A program made the position numbers and the translations under genes. This document shows, in pieces, positions 53,601 through 63,471 of a stretch of 64,000 nt of DNA (the first letter of the stretch is position 1; every line of letters starts with the position of its first letter). The notes beneath the pieces are model-generated. The model saw only the letters and a program-made list of their open reading frames with translations, ran no database searches and had not been told where the DNA came from. The stretch spans positions 108,199,979 to 108,263,978 of the forward strand of contig NC_068985.1 in assembly GCF_001194135.2 (NCBI RefSeq), given 5' to 3'. The DNA comes from Octopus bimaculoides (Eukaryota).

Positions 53601-56600
53601 ACCAACTAGCCACCAAGGCAGACAAGATTCTTGAGTTCTCCAAAAACACAGACAGTCCAAGGATCAAGCTCATCATTGTATACAGCCCTGCTCTTACATC
53701 CCGGCGGGAAACTAGCCAGGGAGTCGTCTCCCTCATTGAAAATCTTCACCGTGCATTCTTCGTCCGAGACGCAAAATCTTCAAAGTCTTTTCTGGTAGAC
53801 ACAGGAGCCAGTGTTAACATTTGGCCTCGACGGTATACGTTCATCAATCTTGCTTTCTCGGACATTTCTTTGTTCCCGGTTAACCATTTTGCTATCCAGA
53901 CCTACGGTCAAATCTCCCTTACTCATGATTTGTCACTCTGTAGGTTATTTCGGTGGATTTTCATTATTGCTGACTTACCACATCCAATTTTAGGTACAGA
54001 TTTTCTTCACCATTATTCATTCCTCGTGGATGTCAGAGGACGTCGACTTTTTGATAGAACCATTTTCCTCACTGTCTCCGGAGAGGATACTACCCTTCCT
54101 GCTGTGAGTCTTTCATTCTTCGTAGCCGCTGCTGGAAACACGTATCTACAGTTACTTGCTTCATTTCCCGAATTAACGGATTTGACATTCCTGTTAACCA
54201 AGCTAGTTCATTCTACTAAGCATTTTATAACGACTAAAGGACCTTCTGTATTTTCCAGACCTCGTCGTTTATCTTCACAAAAGCTGCGGATTTACAGAGC
54301 TGAATTCAAGCATATGCTCCAGTTTGGCCTCATTCGTCTTTCCAAGAGTCCATAGGCCACGCCTCTGCACTTAGCAGAGAAAGGCGTCATCGATTTTCGT
54401 CCTTGTGGTGACTTTAGAAGGCTTAATACTGTCACGGTTCCTAGATCGCTATCCGATTTCACATTTTCAGGATTTTTCTTCAGCCCAACATGGATGCAAA
54501 ATTTTTCCCAAAATCCACCTGGTACGCGCATACCATCAAATTCCCGTTAACTCGGAAGATATACCCAAGACAGCAGTAACAACATCTCTCGGAGCATTTG
54601 AATTTTTATCCATGCCTTTTGGTCTTCGTAACGCAGCAAGAACATTAGCCTCATGCTATCTAAGATCCCAGATGAAGCAATGTCAAGGCAGGGAACTCAA
54701 AAGAGAGCAGCAGTATCCTTCACCAAAAGCCAATCCCATGCAATTGGCCAATTAAAATGTGATAACACTGGCGATGCCCTAGCACGGCCACAGCGTCAAG
54801 GCTGAAACATATAAAAGAATAAAAGAATANNNNNNNNNNCGAAGTTAAAATAAACGTCTAAGGGACAGAAGTATCCATTATACTACCGCTATATTATCTA
54901 TGTTTAACCATGGGCATACATATGCAAGCATATTATGCTCATAAATTATAGCAGGTAAAGACAAAGATAAACATGTGTTTATTAAGAATCAGAATTTAAA
55001 GGAAACAGGAAATGGAGAAATATTGATGAACAACAATTGTCTTACATCAATTGTTATTTATTGATTCAATACAAATAGACTGCATCCCGTCTAACAGCTG
55101 TTTCTGCTTCCAATGTTGTATGGCATTGCCATTGATATGCTAAAAATATTTATCATATCTGGTAATAAAACCTATCTGAAACATGGAACTTCATCAGAAT
55201 GAAGAATAAATAAAAAAATAATGTAGAGCCTAGAAAAGGGAAAAGTTGAATATGGTTGTAATCATACCATTTTGCTTGTGCATCTCTTTGGGATGTTAAG
55301 TATATGACTAAACATAAAATAGTACTTCATGGATTAATCCTTTGAACGTGGTCGGGGGTAGGATGGATAAATAATTAAAAATAAAGAAATTATAGTGGGA
55401 TACGCCAATAGGTTTTAGTCGGAGAAGGGGTGAAGATACAATAAGGCTTTAGATTAATCATAATAATTTATAATGATTACGTTTATAGTACTAATTAATA
55501 GGATTTATCACAATAAAGTGCTAACCGATTAAATATAATTTTTAAATTTTATTTACTAGTAGGTGGTTAAGCCCTTCCACCTGTTGTCCGAAGTGAGATA
55601 GGCCAAGGTCCAACGTTCGATATAATTGGTCAGTTGAAATTTAAAAATAAAAGACCAACTTTTGAGACTGTTATACGGGGTAAGATAAATAAATAAATGA
55701 ATGGGAAACTGGTGTATGTTGTAAGGGGCATTAAAACGCTTAGGACAGTATATACTAGATTAAAAAAATAAATATTATGGAATAAATATTGAGAGAGAAA
55801 CCTATTTGGACATTTAGGTAATAAGACGGTTAGGGGTGAAAATGGTCCAAATGTTTTTTTAAATAGGAACATGAAATTAGTAAAAACAATGAAATTATTA
55901 AAAACAATTTATTCTGTAGGAAAATTAGAAAAATATTTATGGTTAAGGGGAGGTAATAACCAGAGTAAGTGGCCTAAATTAGAGACTGCTGGTCTGCCAT
56001 CCAGTGCACAGAATAAGCGAGCTGACTAGCTCAACAGACAGCTAATTTCACCGCTAAGTGACTAAACAATCTATAAATCAGTCAGTGTAGTGGTCAATTA
56101 AATAAGTAAACATAAATATCCCTAATTAAATTAATGATTACAATTTATACTTAAAATAAAAAATTAAAATACTTGCAAATTATTCTTACAGATGCAGGTT
56201 CTTACTACAATTTGCTCATGCATGCATACTAAGTATCGTTGATTAGGTGCAATGAATTTAACCCACTTACCCTGGTTATTACCTCCCCTTAACCATAAAT
56301 ATTTTCCTAATCTTTCTACAGAATAAATACTTTTCATTGTTATTAATTTCACATTGCTATTTAAAAAAAAAAAAATGTCCGAATAGGTTTCTCTCTTAAT
56401 ATTTAATCCATGATCTTTATTATTTTTAATATAGTATATACTGTCCTAAGCGACTGGGTTGGAACTGGGAAAGTGCCATTACCTATAGCGTCCCAGATCA
56501 GCAACTGACTCCAGTTCTTTAAAACGGAAAAGTTAGCTACAGTGGTCGAAGCTAAAAGGCCCCATTTGTGACAGAAAAAGGCATCATCGTCGAGGTCTAA

Positions 56601-58915
56601 TTTAAATACAGCGCCCACTGTGGAATAGCGAGAGGATGTATCAACATGAACGCGAGTAGAGTCTGAATTCCTTCGTAGTATATCCATTGTGATACTTGTA
56701 TAGTTCATAGACATGCAAACCTAGGTGCAAAATAACTTTATTTTGTGTGCAGTTTTCAACGAAATGGGTGCCAGAGGCAGTTATTTGTCGAGGGAGTGAG
56801 GTAAATGAAACGTTAATAATAAAATATGTAGATATTTTAGTAAGATTTAGCCGAACGTCAAGTCGTACAAAACTTTAAATAATTTTGTCAGGTGCTTATG
56901 TATATAATCAATTGGATTTATTATATTTAGCAAATAATCTTTCAATTCAGGCAGAAAAAAAAAAAAATTAAACTTATAAGGAATTTTAAAACGATCTTTT
57001 GTAAATGTTCTCTATAGTATATTTTTTCTGAAATAATCAGTACACCATGGGAATGATAAATGGTATTAGATTACACTATAAATACCTCAAAGATGTAATA
57101 ACTCTCATCTATCCAAACAAATTAGCATTGAAGCTGCAAATATTGCGCAAATATTCATGTAATAAATATATACGACGTGGTATGCAAAAGTAATCGGAAA
57201 GGTTCTCTGCGAGATAAGCCCGTTGTAGTTCAGGCTTCCGCCGCTAGAAGCCACTTGATGCGACCCTCAGGCATCAGTGTGCCGACCGGCGTCATCAGGT
57301 GGACTCATACTACCATGTGGTGAGTTTTTGTTTTGCAATGCTTCTTCCCTGTTCGTCGACTTTTGAGATGGCTGAAACGAAGGAACAGCGTGCTTCCGAG
57401 AAATTCTATTCTCTGCTAGAGAAAACGGCCGCCGAAACAGTTCTAATGCTACAACCAGCTTACAAGGACAGTGCCATGAGCAAAGCACAGATTTACGAAT
57501 GTTTTTCATACTTTAGTAATGGTCACTTGTCGCTTGAAGACCAACCTCGTTCAAGGCGACCGTCGACGAATGAAAACATCACGAAAATCCATGAATCTAT
57601 CTTGAAGAAATGTCGCCGAACAACTGACAAACTTGTTGATATGACTGGTGTGTCCTGAAACTCCTGCCGACGAATTTTGAGTGGCGAATTGAAAATGAAA
57701 AGAGTTGCAGCAAAAATTGTGCCTCACTTGCTCACGGAAGATCAAAAGCATTCACAACTGAATGTATGTCGTGAACTTAAAGAACAATTGGAAGTTGAAC
57801 CGAACCTTTCTAAAGTAATCACTGGTAACGAAAGCTCGTGTTACGGTTACGACCCAGAAACGAAGCAGCAATCAAGCCAATGGAAGCATTCAATATCCTC
57901 ACGCTCCCCAAAATTGCATCAAGTGAAGTCCAATGTCAAGACGATGCTGATTTGTTTCATCGATACGAAAGGAATTGGCCACACAGTATTTGTTTCTCCT
58001 GGTCAAACTGTTAACCAGATATTTTACTTGGCAGTTCTGAAGCAGTTGCGAGACGCGGTGAGACGTAAACGCCCCGACTAATGGCAAAGTGGAGAGTGGT
58101 GGTTTCATCACGACAATGCACTTTCGCACACCGTTTTGAGTATCTGACAGTTTTTGATCAAACATAGCATGGCCCCGTTTACCCACCCTCCCTATTCATC
58201 CAATCTTGCTCCTTGCAACTTTTTTTGTTTCCCTGAATGAAAAAATCCTTAAAGAAAACCGTTTAGCAGATGTGGAAGAGGTGAAGAAAAAAAAAAACAA
58301 AAAAAAAAAAACGATAGAGGCGTTAAAAGCATCACTTCGCAAGAATTCTAGGACTGCTTCGAACAGTCGAAAACGCATCTGGACCGATGCATTGTTTCAA
58401 ATGGAGAATATTCTTGAAGGTGATAAATGTGTAAGCGGGTAAAAACTAACTGAGTAAAATAATATTGCAAAATTCCGATTTTGGGTACTCCCTCGTAGTT
58501 AAATATTGCTAAGAAGCACGATAAAGCGCTTATTGTCTAACCTGATCATTAATAGGTTCATAATCATTGAATAGAAAATGTTAGATTAAAAATTCGATAT
58601 GATTTATAACAAGAGAATATTACTATAGCTTCAATAAACGAGTTCGATTTCTATTAGTTCTAACTATATGGCCTCGAATGTCCGCTAGTTATCGAAATAA
58701 AATCTGCAATAAAAATTGATGTTGGAAAATGATAGAAACTATGATATTAAATCGCTCTCTTCAGAAATTACTGTAAAATCAATAACACTAAATGATATTA
58801 AGATTTCTTTAAAATAATTATTATAATATTGACTTACTTGAACAGTTTCTCCATTGGCTGTTATCCCCAAATAATATACAGCACCGAACATTACAAATAA
58901 CAACCGCGAAGCCAT
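12780..58915 (-). CDS. ITIH-like gene 1 (signal peptide - VIT x2 - vWA - micro-exon linker - ITI C-terminal domain), multi-exon span
   Basis: Hand-spliced exons all have AG/GT boundaries and compatible phases; joined length 3096 nt = 1031 aa + stop. Family motifs: SLHxISDIx[66 protein letters not shown], DLCF. Paralog-level symbol cannot be assigned. Confidence 0.85.
13308..13574 (-). CDS. Gene 1 exon C2 GVFVYGQV...KFVPAGGIL
   Basis: 267 nt open frame, CTACAG/GTAAGT, phase 1->1; resembles the ITIH 'G..VNGQL' and 'GLLG' motifs. Confidence 0.78.
13831..13935 (-). CDS. Gene 1 ITI C-terminal domain exon C1 GVLLKPLNCSTDLCFTDS...LLADEQA
   Basis: 105 nt, CTTTCTAG/GTACGA, phase 1->1; 'LCF...L..D..G' pattern of the ITI-HC C domain. 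Confidence 0.75.
14741..14755 (-). CDS. Micro-exon M6 (15 nt, E-QSCQ)
   Basis: ttttctctcttttgacag|AACAATCATGTCAAG|gttggg; phase 1->1. Confidence 0.55.
16100..16225 (+). mobile_element. Helitron Rep/helicase relic
   Basis: Translates SYDALQYPLLFLNGEDGYY and, frameshifted, KKAVSCMDF; both match Helitron RepHel motifs. Confidence 0.7.
16370..16738 (+). mobile_element. Tc1/mariner-type transposon 3' end
   Basis: LEDFEKRIQEVLNDISYDALQKVVHSILGSLRKLADTTGGYIEI, then a terminal 'tacttttcaccaaccctgta'. Confidence 0.7.
17653..18150 (+). mobile_element. OR-type SINE with an alternative 3' tail
   Basis: Head and body as 63472-63812 but internally deleted; different 3' segment after 17950. Confidence 0.8.
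18345..19975. repeat. Partially triplicated unit around micro-exon M5
   Basis: 'taattttgataaaa...aaccactga' at about 18358, 18893 and 19897; 'atgtgttcagatattagttat...ccggttca' at about 18750 and 19790. Confidence 0.8.
18815..18832 (-). CDS. Micro-exon M5 (18 nt, D-PEPVI)
   Basis: tttttcatttctgttgaag|ATCCTGAACCGGTAATAG|gtgagt; phase 1->1; AAG acceptor is less common. Confidence 0.5.
20800..24195 (-). mobile_element. R4/Dong-clade non-LTR retrotransposon, 5'-truncated and degenerate
   Basis: RT motifs NYRPISCL, WIDYCKAYD, RRGIFQGDCLSP, HLLFMDDLK; C-terminal restriction-like endonuclease region (LWDF..., IIVGALG, ALLGTARILR); several stops and frameshifts. Confidence 0.9.
24361..24613 (-). mobile_element. 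Short 3' fragment of a second R4/Dong-like element
   Basis: ...EVQKIVLMGTAHILRKILSM* plus 3'UTR, flanked by (TAA)n. Confidence 0.75.
24666..24900 (-). mobile_element. TAA-tailed retroposon fragment (non-coding)
   Basis: Non-coding repeat-like segment ending directly in (TAA)n on the minus strand; family assignment from recall only. Confidence 0.45.
24905..26290. repeat. Local duplication (24905-25150 ~ 25935-26200; 25605-25680 ~ 26220-26290) around micro-exon M4
   Basis: Shared 'tttaaacgctatct..gatgcgagacaagccac..catggatacatctcagttaacaataactccgtattt' and 'tttgcggtctatgtg..agtttaagtatttag'. Confidence 0.8.
25689..25703 (-). CDS. Micro-exon M4 (15 nt, D-TRKQ)
   Basis: ttacttttttag|ATACGCGTAAACAAG|gtatgt; phase 1->1; acceptor flank resembles M2. 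Confidence 0.62.
27717..27731 (-). CDS. Micro-exon M3 (15 nt, A-IVIH)
   Basis: ttgctttttcag|CGATAGTGATACATG|gtaagt; phase 1->1; flanks paralogous to M2. Confidence 0.7.
28201..28881 (-). mobile_element. Internally deleted mariner element
   Basis: Perfect terminal IR tatcaggtcatcccataagttct (includes the TA TSD); HLRHIML... N-terminus joined directly to the EFY.EGI.KLV.RW..VID..G.Y C-terminus. Confidence 0.9.
29947..29961 (-). CDS. Micro-exon M2 (15 nt, R/G-FVNQ)
   Basis: ttactttttcag|GATTTGTGAATCAAG|gtaagt; phase 1->1. Confidence 0.7.
30436..30870 (-). mobile_element. R4/Dong-like endonuclease fragment
   Basis: WYEHVP...ILWDYDFQTDRVIEHRRPNIVLL...IIDVAIP...VVIGALG. Confidence 0.85.
31476..31490 (-). 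CDS. Micro-exon M1 (15 nt, E-YLPS)
   Basis: ttctcttcctttgcag|AATACCTTCCTTCAC|gtaagt; phase 1->1. Confidence 0.7.
33602..33674 (-). CDS. Gene 1 exon 8 [24 protein letters not shown]
   Basis: 73 nt, CACAG/GTAATT, phase 0->1; hallmark ITIH motif. Confidence 0.92.
35323..36008 (-). CDS. Gene 1 exon 7, vWA C-terminal half plus hybrid region STNINAALL...FLTNG...GSELVVSG...YAYLTL...LALK
   Basis: 686 nt open frame, CTCAG/GTGAGT, phase 1->0. Confidence 0.93.
37141..37320 (+). mobile_element. SINE of the 7791 family
   Basis: aaggtggcgagctggcaga...ctgagttcaaattcc. Confidence 0.8.
37787..38075 (-). CDS. Gene 1 exon 6, start of vWA domain [34 protein letters not shown]...
   Basis: 289 nt, CGCAG/GTAAGT, phase 0->1, DxSxS MIDAS motif. 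Confidence 0.93.
39769..39935 (-). CDS. Gene 1 exon 5B ELDSALIEYISSREVYIKYNPS...QYDVDRQNNSNLIY
   Basis: 167 nt, AACAG/GTAAGT, phase 1->0; 'PSxxQQ' and 'YDV' ITIH motifs. Confidence 0.88.
41568..41818 (-). CDS. Gene 1 exon 4B HRFTRAFDISVNVEPQ...DITVDK
   Basis: 251 nt, TTCCAG/GTTGGC, phase 2->1; overlaps ORF 41356..41751. Confidence 0.88.
41910..42020 (-). CDS. Gene 1 exon 3B EIDGHVTVGEVKEKSVAKDIYKYTSETGQSSGTVEV
   Basis: 111 nt, TTGCAG/GTAATT, phase 2->2. Confidence 0.88.
42075..43100 (-). mobile_element. Tc1/maT-like transposon relic in copy B (intron 2B)
   Basis: Degenerate WPPxSPDxNPMDY-like motif and C-terminal EAVLETEGGYFQ*-type end; contains a 20-bp tandem repeat at 42525-42592. Confidence 0.7.
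43302..43535 (-). mobile_element. Young full-length SINE with a 14-bp TSD
   Basis: TSD cgacgggatggtat at 43288-43301 and 43536-43549; absent from duplicate copy A. Confidence 0.9.
43670..43900 (-). mobile_element. CR1/Jockey-type LINE RT fragment
   Basis: ESMIIALAFSEASH..H*SLLTKL...HPSLTSW, a decayed version of IALDISKAFDRVWH.GLL.KL. Confidence 0.55.
44915..45665 (-). mobile_element. OK-type SINE with repeated tail segments around a gap
   Basis: Reverse complement of the 61366 family. Confidence 0.8.
45863..46020 (-). CDS. Gene 1 exon 2B (VIT) NVNLKSLHVISDIKYRFATT...SDFSM
   Basis: 158 nt, TTTTCAG/GTAAGT, phase 0->2. Confidence 0.88.
47708..47871 (-). CDS. Gene 1 exon 5A ELDSALIKNISSREIYIKYNPS...VDRQYISNSLY
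   Basis: 164 nt, open frame, TAG/GTAAGT, phase 1->0; one codon shorter than exon 5B. Confidence 0.8.
49107..49309. mobile_element. Solo LTR (203 bp)
   Basis: TGTTGTGTC...GACATAACA termini, 5-bp TSD ATATC, TATAAA box; empty site in copy B near 41150. Confidence 0.85.
49722..49972 (-). CDS. Gene 1 exon 4A HRFTRAFDMSVNIEPQ...NLTYQELL...DITVDK
   Basis: 251 nt, TTCCAG/GTTGGC, phase 2->1. Confidence 0.88.
50075..50185 (-). CDS. Gene 1 exon 3A (VIT) EIDGHVTVGEVKEKSVAKDIYEKDVGKGKSSGYFEV
   Basis: 111 nt, TTGCAG/GTAATT, phase 2->2; typical VIT 'IDG..G.VKEK' motif. Confidence 0.85.
50232..50900 (-). mobile_element. Same Tc1/maT relic in copy A, more deleted
   Basis: EAVLETEGGYFQ*; near-identical to 42075-42240. 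Confidence 0.7.
51757..51914 (-). CDS. Gene 1 exon 2A (VIT) KANLESLHIISDISYRIATT...NFSM
   Basis: 158 nt, TTTTCAG acceptor, GTAAGT donor, phase 0->2. Confidence 0.85.
52220..52445 (-). mobile_element. SINE of the 7791 family
   Basis: Near-identical to 43302-43535. Confidence 0.85.
52455..52640 (-). mobile_element. Penelope-like RT fragment
   Basis: DSAQVTDLVGLYILHQL..FPNL.*GLYRND, resembling the PLE GLYRDDG motif. Confidence 0.6.
53033..54650 (+). mobile_element. Ty3/Gypsy LTR retrotransposon relic (gag-protease-RT 5' part)
   Basis: PBS TGGTGACCCCG (complementary to the tRNA-Trp 3' end); gag MWFSQLESYF; protease FLVDTGA, ILGTDFL; RT AYHQIPV..EDIPKTAVTT..G.FEFL.MPFGLRNA; frameshifted and truncated. 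Confidence 0.9.
55737..56452. repeat. Degenerate inverted repeat (arms about 55737-55972 and 56263-56452)
   Basis: cgcttaggacagtatatacta / tagtatatactgtcctaagcg, and aaatatttatggttaaggggaggtaataacca / tggttattacctccccttaaccataaatattt. Confidence 0.85.
57171..58497 (+). mobile_element. Near-full-length mariner (Mos1-like) transposon, inactivated
   Basis: KIVPHLLT, ITGNES.C.GYDPETK.QS, HHDNA, HPPYS.NLAP; in-frame stops; degenerate TIRs tacga...aaaa..tcggaa. Confidence 0.92.
58838..58915 (-). CDS. Gene 1 exon 1, signal peptide MASRLLFVMFGAVYYLGITANGETVQ
   Basis: Hydrophobic N-terminus; donor CAA|GTAAGT, phase 0, matching exon 2. Confidence 0.75.
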
Positions 58916-59312
58916 TTTGTTAGCGCTTCTTTTAATTTCCTCTGTTTTCAAATATTTTCAAATATTTGTTTAAAGAATTACTTTTCAAAACGTTAAAAAA
59001 TATCACTAAACAGTGTGGTTAACAGTCAATAAATATATTTACATACAAACGAACACTTATACATACTGAATACGGATATATAACATTCTTCTTATGAATC
59101 TCTTGTAAACCCTGAGTTATTTATATCGTGGAGTGAGGAAACTCAAACAGGATTTGTCAAGTTTAAATCCTGAAACATAAGCAGTTATTAAATAAAATTC
59201 CTTAAGAACAGATTTCTCAATTGAAACCAATGGGATGGGTTAAATTCTGTTGTGCAGAAATATCTCAAATTACGTTTTAGGAATTATGTTAAACGAAAAC
59301 GTGTACGCGCAC

Positions 59313-59352
<40 letters not shown>

Positions 59353-59547
59353 GAATAAAATGTTGTTGATGCCTTTTCGTATATATGCAAGACCGCAGCT
59401 TTAAAGCCGCGCGCTCGCGCGCGCGTGTGTGTATGGGTATGTTTGTGTGTGTNNNNNNNNNNNNNNNNNNNNNNNNNNNNNNNNNNNNNNNNNNNNNNNN
59501 NNNNNNNNNNNNNNNNNNNNNNNNNNNNNNNNNNNNNNNNNNNNNNN

Positions 59548-59587
<40 letters not shown>

Positions 59588-59948
59588 ATTATTTGTACTT
59601 CGGATATATGTCTATTGGTATGCCGATTAAAACTCATTTCCCGTTTGGGCTATCTGATGTCATCCACAGTGTTGATTTAGTTTATGACTGATGAGTGAAA
59701 TGGATAATGGACTTAGTACGAATCGTTATTTTATACAATATGTATTGCGATTATTGTCACTTAATATATGCAACCATGAGTGTGTGTCTGTGTGCCACTG
59801 ATGTATGTGAATGCGAAAATACAGCGATTCATATGGTGCGTGCGTGGATGAATAAATATTTAGATACACTTCATGAGGTGTGGTTACACACCTGGAGTAT
59901 AGACGTTTACAAGTGGGCTCCTATGTGTAAATCGATATATAAATCATA

Positions 59949-60275
59949 AGGAGCACTCTGTCGTTTACGACGACAGAGGGTCCCAGCTGATCCGATCAAC
60001 GGAACAGCCTGCTCATGAAATTAACGTGCAAGTGACTGAGCAATCCACAGACACGTGTACCCCCAACGTAGTTCTCGGGGAGACTCAGCATGACACATAG
60101 CGTCACAAGGCCGGCCCTTTGAAATACAGGTACTACTCATTTTTGCCAGCTGAGTGGACTGGTGCAACGTGAAATAAAGTGTCTTGCTCAAGGACACAAC
60201 GCGTTGCCGGGAATTGAACTCACGACTTTACGATCGTGAGTCGAATGCCCTAACCACTAAGCCACGCGCCTTCAC
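59949..60275 (-). mobile_element. OR-type SINE, related subfamily
   Basis: tRNA head ggcttagtggttagggcattcgactc...gagttcaattccc; 3' body shared with 63472-63600. Confidence 0.85.
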
Positions 60276-60738
60276 ATACATCGTAGATGCAAGTGAGAAA
60301 TTCATACGAACGGGTCTATGTGCGTATACTTATATACGGGGCGCTGTGAGTGTAATATAGACACACACACATGCATACATACACACACACAAACGCACAC
60401 ATATGCATATGAAGATATGTACATGTATGTATGTATGTATGTTATCAATCAGTTTCATTTCTGTATTTCTTGTCCATAGAGAAAGAGCCGGACTCTAACA
60501 TAGATTCAAGGCTCCTTCATTGGAACTTTTATCAACATCATCTAGGTATTTGTGCATATGTGTGTGTGTGCAGTATTTGGTGTTAGTGTATGCGCAGATT
60601 TGTATGTTTGTTTTATGGATGCGTTTTTATGTCTAGATGCATGCATATGTATTTATGTGCTAAATTTTTGGAAAGTTTTACATATCTTTACAGTTCCATT
60701 GATGGCTTGAATCTGTAGTCTTCTAATCAGCCTTTATG

Positions 60739-60770
<32 letters not shown>

Positions 60771-61050
60771 CATGTATGTATGTAAATACTTGTACATGCG
60801 AGTTTGGGGCGTGCCAACCCATCGTTAAATGTATGTATGAGTGTGCGTTTGTGTGTATATATACTAATACTTGTGTGCGATCGAGCGTGTCCGGCGAACC
60901 ACCCACTAACGTGCTGGCTTAGTCATCTGTAACTGACTGTAGAATTTGCTACGCAGCGGAGAGCTAGATGCCATTTGTCTGTCTGCTTCTAATACGACCA
61001 TAATGGTTGTTCACGACCACATTAAATGTCGTTCCCTTGGCGGCACGTGC

Positions 61051-61117
<67 letters not shown>

Positions 61118-61365
61118 CGTATGTGTACGCCTATATGTGTGCTATTGGTCAATTAGTGTATATCTATCCTTCTTTTAACTTTTAATTCGTATCCTTTGGC
61201 AGATATCATTCTCCTTTATCATTTTAATTTATGTGATATATTCACTGTCAACTGTAGCCAGACCCATCTGCAGGTTATAACCCCCAAATTATTCTACCCT
61301 CCGCCAGCGTATCCACATACGACGAGCGAGTACATGATGCCAAGTGGAACTCAGTATATGTAATA

Positions 61366-61548
61366 GGCGCAGGAGTGGCTGTGTGGTAAGCAGCTTGCTT
61401 ACCAACCACATGGTTCCGGGTTCATTCCCACTGCATGGCACCTTGGGCAGGTCTCTTCTACTATAACCTCGGGCCGACCAAAGCCTTGTGAGTGGATTTG
61501 GTAGACGGAAACTGAAAGAAGCCCGTCGTATATTTGTATATATACATA

Positions 61549-61579
<31 letters not shown>

Positions 61580-61787
61580 GTGTTTGTGTGTCTGTGTTTG
61601 TCCCCCCCCCACCATCGCTTAACAACCGACGCTGGTGAGTTTACGTCCCCGTTAACTAGCGGTTCAGCAAAAAGAGAGCGATAGAATAAGTACTAGGCTT
61701 ACAAAGAATAAGTCCTGGGGTCGATTTTCTCGACTAAAGGCGGTGCTCCAGCATGGCCGCTGTCAAATTACTGAAACAAGTAAAAGA
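61366..61787 (+). mobile_element. OK-type SINE, full length, with internal microsatellite
   Basis: ggcgcaggagtggctgtgtggtaag...ggttccgggttca head; ...ccagcatggccgc...gaaacaagtaaaag tail. Confidence 0.88.
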
Positions 61788-62775
61788 GGATTCCTTTTTA
61801 CGCCAAACACCTCAGGTAACAGAGACTAAATTGATTGATGCGACACAACTAAATGCACAATACCCGTTAGGTACAGCTGCAGGATGTCGAAATGATCGTC
61901 TTGTTGAATAAAGATTCGTACTAAATCCATTTTCCGTTTTCCTCATATATATATATATATATATANNNNNNNNNNNNNNNNNNNNNNNNNNNNNNNNNNN
62001 NNNNNNNNNNNNNNNNNNNNNNNNNNNNNNNNNNNNNNNNNNNNNNNNNNNNNNNNNNNNNNNNNNNNNNNNNNNNNNNNNNNNNNNNNNNNNNNNNNNN
62101 NNNNNNNNNNNNNNNNNNNNNNNNNNNNNNNNNNNNNNNNNNNNNNNNNNNNNNNNNNNNNNNNNNNNNNNNNNNNNNNNNNNNNNNNNNNNNNNNNNNN
62201 NNNNNNNNNNNNNNNNNNNNNNNNNNNNNNNNNNNNNNNNNNNNNNNNNNNNNNNNNNNNNNNNNNNNNNNNNNNNNNNNNNNNNNNNNNNNNNNNNNNN
62301 NNNNNNNNNNNNNNNNNNNNNNNNNNNNNNNNNNNNNNNNNNNNNNNNNNNNNNNNNNNNNNNNNNNNNNNNNNNNNNNNNNNNNNNNNNNNNNNNNNNN
62401 NNNNNNNNNNNNNNNNNNNNNNNNNNNNNNNNNNNNNNNNNNNNNNNNNNNNNNNNNNNNNNNNNNNNNNNNNNNNNNNNNNNNNNNNNNNNNNNNNNNN
62501 NNNNNNNNNNNNNNNNNNNNNNNNNNNNNNNNNNNNNNNNNNNNNNNNNNNNNNNNNNNNNNNNNNNNNNNNNNNNNNNNNNNNNNNNNNNNNNNNNNNN
62601 NNNNNNNNNNNNNNNNNNNNNNNNNNNNNNNNNNNNNNNNNNNNNNNNNNNNNNNNNNNNNNNNNNNNNAAAATTTGTTGAAATTTGACATGGCCTTTAT
62701 ATTCTGCAACCCCGACAGGACTAATAACATTGACTATTGTGGATATATACATGGATCATTGTGAGATATATACAT

Positions 62776-62903
62776 AGGCGCAGACATGGCTGTGTGGTAA
62801 GAAGCTTGCTTCCCAACCATATGGTTCCCGGTTCAGTCCCACTGAGTGGCACCTTGAGTAAGTGTCTTCTCCTACAGCCTCGGGTAGATCAAAACCTTGC
62901 GAG

Positions 62904-62905
<2 letters not shown>
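62776..62905 (+). mobile_element. OK-type SINE head
   Basis: ggcgcagacatggctgtgtggtaagaagcttgcttcccaaccatatggttcccggttcagtccc. Confidence 0.8.
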
Positions 62906-62940
<35 letters not shown>

Positions 62941-63471
62941 TTGGACTGTTGAGATCAGCAATAGAAGCAAATAGTTTCACATTCGTGGTAAAGTTCACCT
63001 TATTCTGCGAATCTGTGGCCAATAGAGATTTCTCTTCATCTGCAGAACCCCCCAGCGACATTTTTATTTCTCTACATCTGCAGATGTAGAAAAATAAAAT
63101 AGGTCACTTGTATGTGTATACTGATAGTGAGTGGGTGATGGGCGGAGTTCAACTTATCCAGACTGTCATACTTTATCCGATACGATTTATTATTGAATGT
63201 CGGAATATGTAGTATGTTACTCAAGCAAGACTAACAGTAATTTGGAACATTGATTCGTTTGTGGCCTCATGTCGTTCACTGGCTATCCGGCGTGTCGCTG
63301 ATAAGGTAGATCAGGGCTAACCCAGGCCTGCACAATAACAACAAAATTAACCGTAGCAACAATAACAACTATAACAACAGCAACCGATTTACTTTTATGA
63401 ATGTCACTTATCAAATGAATTAATCATCGATAAAAATATTTTCATGATAATGCATGAAAACACAAAAACAT

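Noticed and set aside
59686-59705. CTGATGAG...GAAA hammerhead-like core
   Set aside because: No room for stem II and no supporting helices
63072-63089. 18-bp palindrome CTACATCTGCAGATGTAG and ORF 62756-63061
   Set aside because: An isolated short palindrome can occur by chance; the ORF runs into microsatellite and SINE sequence
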